NCBI RefSeq assembly: GCF_036588685.1
Contig: NC_086382.1
Coordinates: forward strand, 70,680,001-70,744,000
Source of the DNA: Mytilus trossulus
Lineage: Eukaryota
Reading direction: 5' to 3'
DNA length: 64,000 nt
Shown here: piece after piece, positions 41,759 through 53,749 of the stretch
How the letters are laid out: each line of letters begins with the position of its first letter
Position numbering within the stretch: position 1 is the stretch's first letter
The notes under the pieces: model-generated
The model's input: the letters and a program-made list of their open reading frames with translations, nothing else
Database searches by the model: none
What the model was told of the DNA's origin: nothing
Translations under genes and position numbers: made by a program

Positions 41759-41901
41759 TAAATAACACATAGCGAAGAGGGAGATAGAGCAGATTGGTAC
41801 CCCTTGTAAAACAGTTGTTAACCTTGGCTTCGCCGCAGTTGGCAATGTTTTCTCGGGGTAAAAATCTGCACTATCAGCCTCTCAGCTATGTGTTATTTAT
41901 A
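41759..41901. repeat. ~140-nt imperfect palindrome
   Basis: AAATAACACATAGC ... GCTATGTGTTATTT, centred on GGCTTCGCC. Confidence 0.75.
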
Positions 41902-42414
41902 TACTATCACCCGCTGCTTAAGCTCGCTTTCACTAAGGAGGCTGGATGAACGTTAGAGATGCTCCATACAGGCAAAATATCATTTTCAATCACAGATTTA
42001 GTATTTTTTTTAAGATTGGTGAAAAAATAAACATTTCAGTCGTAACCTTTCAAAGACATCTTTTAAAAACATTTTTACCAAACTTGTTTTTTTTTTTTTA
42101 ATTTCTTCCGTTTTTAAGGCTTCCATGCCCCTTGAAAGAAGCACGTGGTTTATAATAACTTACTCTTTTTGCTTGAAGGTCAATCTAATTAAAATATTGA
42201 TCTCTGGTTACGTTATACTGCATATGAAGTATAACTTAATCAGAGATCAATATATACTGAATTCTAAAGCCTTGATTGAGCCAGATTTGATTTATCAGTT
42301 CCTTTTTTTTTAATACAATATAGTGTTCACAAGTCATAGCGATTTTTGTTTAAGGTAAGATCTAGTTGTGACTTGTTTCTCTATAAGTTTTGGATCGATG
42401 CAATGTTATGTTAA

Positions 42415-42696
42415 TTAAATTCGAATTGAATTCGAATGGAATTCGCTAATCGCGTTCACACATTCTTCTTTATTTTTAATTCGAATAGGCTAAATCGCAT
42501 TATCCAATTCGCATTAGAAATGCGTTTTTTTTTAATACGAACTAAAAGTTAACGTCGTTCGGACAGTAAAGCGAATTTGACGCGCATTGGAATTCGAATT
42601 GAGAATTTACGTTTGGACGTAAAACGTTTCGAATTCGAATTAAACTTATTCGAATTAGCTAATGCGAATCGAATTCGAATTATGTGTGAACGCAGC
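42415..42696. mobile_element. TTCGAA-rich MITE remnant
   Basis: GCGTTCACACA / TGTGTGAACGC inverted motifs and many CGAATTCG palindromes. Confidence 0.6.
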
Positions 42697-42809
42697 ATAA
42701 AGATGACAATAGAAACACGAACAAAAGCATACTAAATACATGTATTTCATAGGTAAGTTAGAGTTAGCGTTACATATATATTAGTAGGATACTTGTATTT
42801 CATACTTAC

Positions 42810-42916
42810 GGTGGGTCATAAAAGCATACTAAATACATGTATTTCATAGGGAACTTTGAGTTCGCGTTACATATCTGTACACCACAACCCAGTTGTTTAC
42901 TGTCCGCCCACACCAT
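42810..42916 (-). CDS. CAP/SCP protein, exon 3
   Basis: MVWADSKQLGCG...LVCFYDPP (CAP1 and CAP2 motifs), with cattgtag and gtaagt sites. Confidence 0.92.
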
Positions 42917-43302
42917 CTACAATGTAAAAAAAAATTAAAAAAATAATATATGCAGTATTTTCAAAATCATCTTTGATGTAAAATCACAAAAGTTGTTTGA
43001 ACCTGGACCACATAATTTTATCTCATTAATATTCGTTTCCTCTGAGACGTAGTAATTAAATTAGTCTAACTATAATTTGTATTTTAGACAACATGTACAC
43101 TTGAACTCATCTTCAGTGCAATGAGAATTCTCCTGTCAATCAAAAAGTATATGACAGGAAGTTATAAAAACATCAAAGCCTAGCAATCATATACTATGCG
43201 TAAACATTGTCAAAAATAAAAACAAAATTTATTCCTACAAATTTGGAAATTTTCAAGAAAACCGATAGTGAATTACCTGTTTCCTTTTAGATATAAAATT
43301 CA

Positions 43303-43430
43303 TGCGTCCGAAACGCTTTTCTGGATTTAACTTTATCAGGAATACTCAAAGCCGAGTATTTGAAAGTCAAGAATCAAATCAGTGGAAGAGCTATATGACA
43401 AAAGAAACATAAACAAACAGCCAAATCTAT
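43303..43430 (-). mobile_element. Decayed hammerhead-containing repeat, second family
   Basis: Minus strand reads TTC-CTGATAA-AGTTAAATCCA-GAAA-AGCGTT-TC-GGACGCA. This is a type I hammerhead layout with core mutations. Confidence 0.45.
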
Positions 43431-43514
43431 ATCACATTATGCATTCCATTCAAAATTACAACAAGAAACACATCAAATCAAAAATGGTCAAATTAAACTA
43501 GAATGTCTTAATTT

Positions 43515-44045
43515 CTCCGAATAAACATGTGTCATCGGAGAAGTGAAACAACCCAACGAGTAAATTAACAGCAAAAGGTCAAACAAGTTACAAAAGTGTA
43601 ATTCGAATAAACACGCGGCTTTGGAGCATTGAAACAAACCTTAGAGTAAACAGCGAAAGTTAAAAAAAAAAAATCCGAATATAAACACGCGGCTATGGAA
43701 AAGTGAAACAAACCTTAGAGCAAAAAGCAAAAATTTCTTACAAGCTAATCCGAATAAACACGCCGCATTGGAGCAGTGAGATATTTTCTTTAGAGTAAAC
43801 AGCAAAAGTTCAAAGACATTTAAATAAAAGCGGAACAATGAAAAGTCAACAACCCAAGAGTTAATAGCAAACGTTCAAAGAGTTCGAAAAAACCCACCGC
43901 AACAATGGAGCAGTCAAGCAAACCTTAGAATGAACATTAAAGGTTTAAACAAAATTATCCGAATAAACACGCTGCAGTGGAGTAGTGAAACAAACACAAT
44001 AGTGAACATCATAGTTAAATAAATTAAACACGCGGCAATGGAGTG
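43515..44045. repeat. Degenerate ~75-85-bp tandem repeat
   Basis: Recurrent CGAATAAACACGCGGC...GGAGCAGTGAAACAAACCTTAGAG. Confidence 0.75.
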
Positions 44046-44352
44046 ATATTAGTGTGTGGAATAAAAGGATTGTATTATTTGGGTTAGATTTGACTTATGG
44101 CCAACCTCAATGTTTGCGTCGCAATACAACATTCCAAAAGAATTTAGCCTATTCATTTTTGATCAAGTGCTACGCAGTAATACAATTCAATCTTTAATAC
44201 TTGCAATAAACTTAAAATATCGTCAAAATCAACAAAGTCGCACAAATTAAACGCATCTAATTCTGAAATGTATTGCATAATTTCTAGAGCATTTACTAAT
44301 AAAGGATGCATACTCAGGCTCTGAGATACATACTATGTCACATTATTTTACA

Positions 44353-44608
44353 TATTGACAATTACCTGTGTATAATGTTCTGTATAATGACAATTACCTG
44401 TGTATAATGTCCTGTTTAATGACAATTACCTGTGTATAATGTCCTGTATAATGACAATTACCTGTGTATAATGTCCTGTATAATGACAATTACCTGTGTA
44501 TAATGTCCTGTATATTGACAATTACCTGTGTATAATGTCCTGTATATTGACAATTACCTGTGTATAATGTCCTGTATAATGACAATTACCTGTGTATAAT
44601 GTCCTGTA
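44353..44608. repeat. 32-bp minisatellite made of the exon 2 / intron boundary, 8 copies
   Basis: ATTACCTGTG at 44361, 44393, 44425, 44457, 44489, 44521, 44553 and 44585. Confidence 0.95.
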
Positions 44609-44805
44609 GACATACTAAAGCCACTCCCTGGGGAATAGTCTCTCTTCTCATCAAACCACATTTTAATACCCCGCTTTATCAATACATTTATATCTTCACC
44701 AACACTTTGCATTGCCAGGTTTTCTCCTCTACCGTTCTGCTGATGGCTGTTAGAACATCTGGACGCCCATGCAGTAGCCTCTTGTTCAAGAGTTGTACTC
44801 CAGAC
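44590..44805 (-). CDS. CAP/SCP protein, exon 2
   Basis: VWSTTLEQEATAWASRC...GENLA...WFDEK...GHYTQ; 216 nt, phase 0/0. Confidence 0.92.
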
Positions 44806-45476
44806 CTGGTACAAGTAAGATAAACATGAGCAAATGAAGGTAATAAAATATAAACATGAAGGTCGTTAGACTGAAGAAGAGTACGCAGTAAATGAGATAG
44901 TATTATAGTCATGGAAATATGAACCGGGAGCATAGGCAACTGCCAACCCACTTTTGGGAATATGTTTTTAATTGGAAATATATAAAAAATGAAAATAAAA
45001 GGGACACTTACTTCTAGACCATAAGACTAGAGAACACATTTTTTTTGTGTCACATTCAGAAATGTGTTACCAAATGATACTCTAGCCCTATGCTACAGAT
45101 AGTAAAATATGCCTTACTAGTATTTTACTAATAATATGTTGCCAGTTAAAAACTAAAATAATGTTGAATTCAATATAATTGATTGGTGTCACTACATAAA
45201 CAGGTGTTGAACGGATGACTACTCTAAACGAATTCATACAAATCGACAAAAGGTGGCTTTTTATTTTACATGTAGTCAAGTTGCTTGCATTACTCGTTCA
45301 ACATCGACAAATAAATGTCAAAACGAGTAACCGTAATAAAGTCGACAATTCTTCGATATAACAGGCACTTAATTGATATTTGCTAAATTCTTCTGTCAGT
45401 CTAGTTTTAGATTCACGTTTGTTGTCCATTTGTGTAGCCAATTAGAATTATTAGACAGTGTTAAATTATTACTTAC

Positions 45477-45611
45477 CAATTTCTGCATGTTGGCTGCATT
45501 TTCACTTTTTCTATATCGGTTATGTTCATTTAAAAGCAATGAGCTATATATTGAACCCAAACATGTTCCAAACAATGGTAACAGTACCACGAGGAATGAT
45601 AATACAACCAT
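45477..45611 (-). CDS. CAP/SCP protein, first coding exon (signal peptide)
   Basis: MVVLSFLVVLLPLFGTCLG signal peptide, LNEHNRYR (CAP3) and AANMQKL, then a gtaagt donor. An acceptor just upstream and a GTGAGT donor at ~46230 suggest a 5'UTR exon. Confidence 0.9.
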
Positions 45612-47256
45612 TATCTGAAAAAGAAGCCATCACAATTATCCAATACATTGTATTTGATTAGTACACGGATACACCACTCACACTACTGTTTGCTATGTTC
45701 AGTGGACGAACAGACGGACTTCAAATGATCGGATGCACAGTACGAAATGCAGAATGCCCCTATAATTGGGACATACTAACAAATCTGTGTTTCGTACGTG
45801 ATCCTTATGTGATATCTTTAAATAGACTACGACGACTTAAAATAGGAGAGCTATTTTTAAAACTATTTGACCAGAAAAAACAACAACCCGAGATTACCAC
45901 ATTCAGTCAAAATTTAAGCATTTATATGGAACAGAATAACAACAATTTATCTTAATATGATGTTTAAAGTTAATTCATAAAACAATATGAAGAAAAAGGA
46001 AAGAGCTTTAGCCATTATTCTATATCCCAATATCTTAAGTCGATGCTCAGAGCTGTATTTTTATTGTCATAGGGTGGAACTTTTTACGCTGAACCGTCCA
46101 GCTACTGGTCAATACATCTTTTATGTATGTTAATTTCCTTTGTATTCTATGTAATGCCATTTCCTTTTCATCTTACCCCAACCTCTTCACCCAATGTTCT
46201 GATAAGATTTTAAATAATAACTATACTCACATGAATAAATAGAATTTCTGAATAATTCCGGTATGTTAAAAAATAGTTACTGAAATATTTATAGAAATTT
46301 CAGTTATTCCGCGAAATTATCAAAACCAATTACACCGTAACTATACGAGTTTACTAAACACTCTTTCCTTTTATCCACAAATCATTACTAATTAAAGCAG
46401 AATAATGCGTAATATCAAGTATTATCAATCGGAAAAAAGTGACAAAAACAGTCCTCTGCTGTCACTTTCCCGGGAGTGACGCACAAATAAGATAACACTA
46501 ATAATTTATACAAAATTAAATTAAGTCGCTTTGGTCTGTCATGTTTATAGTTTTTTTAAATTTTGATGTGACACTTGTATACAGTAAACACGAGCTATTA
46601 CACAATTGTTTTTGTAGATAAGATATATGTATTGAGGCACTGCAATGTTTTTAGATTGAAGACGTATCTAAGTATTTTCCTATTGATGCTTAGATATGAC
46701 AATTCATATTTTTCCAATTTTCTTTTAGATTTCTTCTTGTTATAACATTCAAAGTTTCTGCCGTTCTCATGTAAATGTTTGTTGAAATGACAGTTTATAA
46801 AATACTATACATCACATTCTGTGTATTTGTATAAAATGGAACAACATTAAACAAGACAGATTTGAACACGTGTTTTATACAACTATATCGTTACAAGGAA
46901 GCTACAATTAACAAATCATTAAACATGTTCAAGACGGGTGGTATTAGACCTTGGTATAACTTTGTTTGCATTTAAACAGAATAAAAAATATCATATTGCC
47001 TACAGAACATATACTACATATGTTTACAGTAATGATGTATTGGCAAATCAAACGGGACATGCATAGTCACAAACACGTTTCAGGAGGGATATTTGTTTCA
47101 CCGAGACGTTAAAAAACACCATCATAAACCCGCATTTGATATGAAATATAAAATAAAATGTATGTGTGCATGTATTTTCTTGTGAATTCATTCTTTATAA
47201 ATCCAAAGAACCCCCGAGAGACGCGAAACTTAATATATGGTCGTTGAATACATATG

Positions 47257-47500
47257 TAAAATCACAAAAATACTAAACTCAAAACAGAAAAGTCCCTAAT
47301 CAAAAGGCAAAATCAAAGGATAAAACACATCAAACGAATGGACAGCATCTGTCATATTCTAATCTTGACTTGGTACAGGCATTTTCAAATGTTGAATAAC
47401 GGTGAATTTACCTGGTTTTATATCGCTAAACCTCTCACTTTTATGACAGTCGCATCAAATTCCGTTATTTTTACAACGACGCGTTAACAAAACAGAGACA
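47257..47500. mobile_element. Dispersed repeat family (pieces at 48045-48145, 48270-48420, and inverted at 63730-63880)
   Basis: Shared TCAAACGAATGGA.A.CA.CTG.CAT and ACTTGGTACAGGCATTTTC motifs. Confidence 0.6.
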
Positions 47501-48149
47501 AGTCCAAGTCCGTTACTAAGATTCGCCGATAATGTAGTACTAGTAGTTAATTGAAGATTTATGCAATTTCCATTATGGGAGAAATATATCTATCTAATGT
47601 CTAAATTAAAAATGTTCACGCATCGTTGTAAATATAATGGAATATGATGCGACTGTCAAACAAAAAACCGGGGGATCTGATGAACTACGTATACGACAGG
47701 TTTGTCGACAGAATTAAAGTCTCTTGCTATACTGGCATCACTCGTCATGCAAATTCATGCTCAGTCCAAATGTCACAATCGGGAATAAGACACACTCGGT
47801 AAAATTACAGATTGAACGACCTGGTATCTAAGATCTAAGACAACGAAAACATTTTGCTTTTGTGTTGAGACACCGATTTATCCTGTCAATATCAAGGAAA
47901 GATCAATACTTAAAGCAGACCTTCTTTCTACTTTCGGTAGTATCATTAGTTTTTCAGTTCGCTTGTAAATGTCACGGAAATAAGGGTTATTGAGTGACTG
48001 AACATCATCAAAGTGTCTGAAAGTGAAATTACAGAACAATAACAAAATTACCCAACTCGGAGAAAAATTCTAAACGAATAGTCACTGAGTTGATGTCAAA
48101 AATCATAAGCTCAAACATATCAAACGAATGGATAACAACTGCCATTTAG

Positions 48150-48243
48150 CCTTTTAAACGTTTTTGTATTCAAGCATCACTGATGAGTCTTTTGTAGACG
48201 GAAATACAAAATTTTATCTTGGTATCTTTGATGAGTTTATTTC
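48150..48243 (+). mobile_element. Retrozyme-like fragment with the 5' half of a hammerhead core
   Basis: CATCA-CTGATGA-GTCT-TTTGT-AGAC-GGAAA. Stem III and the cleavage site are missing. Confidence 0.65.
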
Positions 48244-48735
48244 ATGACTTATATGTAGGAAATTGTGGACTAAACCTGGTTTAACAGCTAGCGAAACCTC
48301 TCCCTCGTATGACAGTATATATCTCCACCATACCGACAACGATGTGTGAACAAAACCAACAGACAGACATAATAGGTAAAAATGTAAAAAATAAGGGAAC
48401 AGCAGTCAACATTCTGTTAAAATCGAAATCACTATAATACAAGCTCGTTTTGGCATGTAGAGTATTTTTTTGTTTTTGTTTTCTGCGTTCACAACGACTG
48501 CATTCAAGGCCAGGTTGTTCAGGTGTGCACGATGAATTTCGGACCAGGACCAAAGACGGTGAAAAAGAGGTCCACTATCTTACGTCTAGGATAAAATTAG
48601 TTTAGTGTTAAAGGAAAATATTCACTGAATCGATTCATATAAGGTAGGAGTCTATTCTTTTGCATTAATTTAAAGGGTACAAAAAACGTCCGAAGCGGAG
48701 ACTGTCGTGACATAAAAAAAATCGTTAGCTACCTT

Positions 48736-48876
48736 CTTCCATTTATATGGATCGTCGACCTTCCTATGGATAGAAACAAGTACTTCTATTTATATGGATA
48801 GTCTACCTTCCTATTGATAGAAACAAGTGCTTCTATTTATATGGATAGTCGACCTTCCTATGGATAGAACCAAGTG
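48736..48876. repeat. 47-bp tandem repeat, 3 copies
   Basis: Unit CTTCTATTTATATGGATAGTCGACCTTCCTATGGATAGAAACAAGTG. Confidence 0.9.
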
Positions 48877-48967
48877 TCTGTGATACAGACCCTAAGATGT
48901 TAGTCGGCATAACACTCCACCATCCATGATGGGCTTGGAGTGTATGCTGACACGGTTATTTACATAG

Positions 48968-51291
48968 CACTGGTATTAAAGAGATAATAGTAACTGCAAT
49001 TACGATTATCCCAATATGGCGACGACAGATATAGGTAAAATCTTTACAGTCATTTAACTCAAATGTAGCATTTTTTTGTCACTAGTTACTCAGCTGCAAG
49101 GTTTTTCTATACCATTACATCATATTTGAATCGTAACGGTGCACTTTTATTGTCTAAGCGCTTTGAAAATTGCCGTTGAAAAATTCGGGATGATAATCGT
49201 AACTCGGATAAAAAGATAATCGTAATTATGGTATTAAAAAATGCGAAGATAATCGTAACTGGATAGTGTTTTATTGATATTGACACTAAAAACGTATATC
49301 TGATAGCACATGATGAAATTACGGTGATGAACTAATCACGTTTCAACATCTTATGACATATCTTTTTGTGGATATATTATTAATGGTTCTAATGAAAACA
49401 GCTACATACTATTATATCATAAAATTGGAAGGGTGAACAAGTTTTAAGAAATTTGGATATGGGAAAAACACGAACTATGTTAAAATACAGAAAACTCCCA
49501 AGAACTAGGAATGTCACAAAATATGGGAATGAGCGATGAGGCAATTTTATAGGAAGTTATGATATATGGCAATAATTGTCAGGGGAAACGCATGTGTCAC
49601 CCTACATCAGATTTGTGATTAATAAGATTGAGAACGGAAATGGGGAATGTATCACAGAGAACACAACCTGACCATACAAAAAACAACAACAGAAGGTCAC
49701 CAATAGGTCTTCAATATCGCGAGAAATTCCCGCACCCGGAGGCGTCCTTCAGCTGGCCCTAAGACTGTTAGAGAACATTGATTTATCATGAATAAAAACA
49801 TAGTAAATATAATAATAATTGTTTTAAATCATTTAATGCAGGTGGCTATGTGTGATATTTCTTCCCCCGGGAAGCGACTGTTGGTTCAATTCTAGTCCAT
49901 ACCCGTTATGCCATAATGAATGTTTTCTTTAAAAAATAGTTTTTGGTTTTGGAAGATTTAATAGTTTTTAATCAGCTGAACGTAAGTTATAGTTTTGATT
50001 ATCAGTAAAATGAAAATTTTCTTCTAAATAATTAGGAACCATGCCATTAATTGCTTTAAATATAAGTATTGCCTTTTGGTATTGAATTTGTTTTTCCACA
50101 TCTAACCAGTGTAAACTATTCAACAATAAACTGGATGATGTTTGAAATATTGATATCTAAACTGTTTCCAGTTAAACAAAGCCTTTGTTTTGAACCAATA
50201 ATCATTGATTTACACTTTTTGGCATTTAATTTCATACAATTTTGCAAACACCAGTTTTCAATAACACGAATATCATTTTGAAGGTTATAGAAGCTAACTG
50301 AATTGCATCATTACCTCTACAATGTAATGTAGAATCATCTGCATATAAATCTGTTGATGAATGTTCTATATTGAGTGGTAACTCATTGATATATAAAATA
50401 AATAACCAAGGGTCCAGGATAGAACCTTGTGGTACACCAGTTTTTATGCATTTAGTATTAGACATGACGTTATTGACCTTAACTTGTTGGCTTCGTTCAA
50501 ACAAGTATGAATTTAACCAGTCTAGTGTACTATTTGAAACATTATAATATTCCAGTTTTTTCAATAAAATTATATGATTAACCAGATCAAAAGCTATCTT
50601 TAAATCTAAAAATATAGCTCCGTTTATCTCTCCATTATTTATATTTGCTAACCATTCATCTACTAATTTAGTAAGTGGAGTAGTACACGAATGTTTAGGT
50701 CTGAAACCTGGCTGTGTAGTATTAAGAAGGTCATTGCTATTTAAAAATATATGCCAGGAATCCATAGCTTATTAGTTCCTCTTAAAATATTATGTTTCTT
50801 TGCTTAAAAAATGTTAAATCTAATTCCATGTAAAGACTGCACAAAAAAATACTTGTAAAGATCAAACACATTTTTTTTAAAGTGGCTGGGACAAGAAATC
50901 ACGGTTTTTCATTTTCCGTTAATGTTATTCATTAACTGTACATTTGCATTTAAATAAACACAATACCATTAAAATGCTGAAAGACACATTTAACTTTTCA
51001 GTTACTATTATCCGATAAAGAAATTACGACTATCAAACAAGAAAAATTCCATAGAGTTACGATTATCATCCCCAATTTTTCAACGGCAATTTCCAAAGCG
51101 CTTTGACAATTCCAGTGCACCGTTACGATTCAAATATGATGCAATGGTATAGAAAAACCTTGCAGCTGAGTAACTAGTGACAAAAACATGCTACATTTGA
51201 GTTAAATGACTGTAAAGATTTTACCTATATCTGCCGTCGCCATATTGGGATAATCGTAATTGCAGTTACTATTATCTCTTTTATACCAGTG
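48968..51291. mobile_element. 2.3-kb non-autonomous Chapaev/CMC-like TIR element
   Basis: ~238-bp TIRs (48968-49205 and 51054-51291), termini CACTGG...CCAGTG and a 4-bp TSD ATAG. Confidence 0.88.
49860..50765 (-). mobile_element. Decayed CR1/L2-type LINE RT fragment inside the TIR element
   Basis: QPGFRPKHSC, IFLDLKIAFDLVNH, GVPQGSIL and YADD motifs, with frameshifts downstream. Confidence 0.9.
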
Positions 51292-51980
51292 ATAGGTTGT
51301 ACAGCTTTTGATTTGTTACTCTCATCGAAAGTAGTAGGTTGTTGATCCATCTATCAGTAAACAAAACATCGCGGGTCAAGAGGAGCTGACCCAAAACTTC
51401 CTTTCAGTTGTTATGACTGAGACGTGACTGGATTGATTGATTGAATGTTTTGAATCAGTAAATTGAAGGATTGTTAGTGATCTATCTACATTAGTACCTT
51501 GCTAAACGTGATCCATTGACACCTACACATAGATTTCCTACCACTAGTAAATGTACTCAACACATGGAAAATTAATTATATGTTGTTACTGAATCATGTT
51601 TATATCTTTAAAATATAATTAACATACGATCTTTCTCATTGTAGTTTTCTTTGCAATCTAATTTAAATGCGATCTTTCATATGATATATTTGTTTAGATA
51701 TATAGACATGACACAAGTAACCTTTTTAGCATTTCATAATCAACTAATTGTTTCGAGTGACACGATGGCGATTTGATTTTAAATACTTCCCCGCAAATAT
51801 ATATTGACAGAACTGAATTTAAAAGTCAACATTATGTTGATTAAATGGTTTATCAATCCTCGTTAAATGTTATAAAAAAAGATAATAAAATATTAAAATT
51901 TTACTATTAAAATCATTTAAGTGCATAAAAGTTGGAAAGATGATATGAACTACTTAGAACATATAATTTCCGGACAATAA

Positions 51981-52290
51981 TTAAGGAATGATTGTAATAT
52001 TTGTTCTGTCTATGAAGAAATAACATAAAACATTTGGTGCACACTGAAGAACGCGCGTAGCGGGTTATTTAACAGTGTGCATCACATTTTTTTTATGTTA
52101 TTTCGAATAGACAGAATAAATTTATTACAGTCATTTCTTATAGTTTAATTCGAAATTCCATTTCAAACCGTAGAAAACCATGAAAAAACGTCGACGACGT
52201 CACAGTCAAAAGACTAAATTATGTCTATGGGCTCATAACAAAATAACGTCAGCCATTCAGAAGACGCGTAACATCCAAAATTAAATTATT
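51981..52290. mobile_element. Long-hairpin element (~160-nt palindrome plus tail)
   Basis: Palindrome 51981-52142 centred on CGCGTAGCG. The tail contains CCATTCAGAAGAC...CAAAATT, like the 41371 element. Confidence 0.7.
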
Positions 52291-53096
52291 CGAAAATATT
52301 TGGCCAAACAATCATATTAATAGCCAATTATATATATATATATAAAAATAAAAATTTTAAATGCTAAGATCATGGAAAAAAATCCAAAATTAACAAATCG
52401 GAAAAGTTTTTTTTTTTATCTACATTTCTAATGAAAAACGAGGCTCAATAAAAAACAATAAACCAAAAATATATCCCACACCAATCTCGTAAAAGGAAAT
52501 GTTTTTTGGGACCTTTTTGGGTTAAAAACATAAAATAAGTGTAGAATGCACTAATTCAACAGTTCTTGCTTATACATATTTTATAGTTAAAGTGTAAGGG
52601 TTTGACATTTTTGGTGCTTTATTCTCACTATCAATTGTCTATTCATTGTCTATGAAATGATTGGATATTCTAAAGCTATGTACCAATATATTTGTTAAGC
52701 GATTTGTCAGTAAAAAATGGAATTCCCCCTGGCTAATTCAGTCACTGAAATAGAGGCCACAACTAGCATCTGAAGAATGCATTGCAAATTTGTGATTCTC
52801 ATCCCAGATGCATCTGATCATAGTATTACATACTAATATAATTGATATTTTTTTCTTCATTCAATAATCAATGAAAAAATGTATTGACAGTTTTCTAGTA
52901 ATGACTTTTGTAAAAATCTGTCGTCTAAGCCATATGTAAGGTTCACCAGAGGCACCTTCCTCTGATTTCGTCGGGATGCGTCGTCAATGATTTTGTCAAA
53001 GTCAAGTTCAATGTTTTATGCACATACAAAAGTAATAGGGCATTTAAGCGTTGATAAACAAAAATAAGTTTTTATACATATATCATTGATGGGAAA

Positions 53097-53405
53097 AAAA
53101 CTCATCATAGATACCAGGACTAAATTTCGTATATACGCCAGACGCAATTTGTTTTTCTAATTGCAAAGAGATGGGCAAGATTATTGTTTTTAACACAGAA
53201 ACGGCCATAATGTTTTAAAGGCAAAAAATATCAGATACGTATTTTTTCTCTCTCTCAAATATCTCTGACCCTCCACTTTTCGCCTACATTTCTACAAAAC
53301 ACTCATCATTGATGTTCTGATAAAAACAAATAAAAGTCCAAATAATGTACGAAGGTGAAAAGCATTGAGAACCAAAATTCCGAAAGGTTTGTCAAATACA
53401 GCTGA
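53097..53405 (-). mobile_element. Inverted retrozyme-like copy with the hammerhead split by a ~130-bp insertion
   Basis: ACGCCAGACGC at 53135-53145 and CTACAAAACACTCATCA at ~53292-53308. The flanks match 60420-60600 inverted. Confidence 0.6.
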
Positions 53406-53749
53406 TGTGAACTACTTTTTTTATAATCATTCTTGTACAATATTATTCTTAAATAAGTAATGTAGCAATTATGCTCCATGAAGGTGTAATTTTGATAAAT
53501 TTTGCTTGAAGTGATATGTAACATGTTAATGTAAACCTATGTATGATGCTATACTGACGACACGACTGATATTCTTGCATTTACATACTATTGATTGATG
53601 AACAATACTCACTAATGAGTAGTTAAAGAAGAAGATGTTTTTGTATTCTATTTGGAATCAATCATCAACCGCCATTATATTAATAGTTTTTAATAGTTTA
53701 TTTACAGAGAGCCACAATCTAACACATTTTGCAAGAGAAAATATTTTCC

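Noticed and set aside
46461-46480. STAT/GAS site in the palindrome GTCACTTTCCCGGGAGTGAC
   Set aside because: It does not match TTCN3GAA and has no other support.
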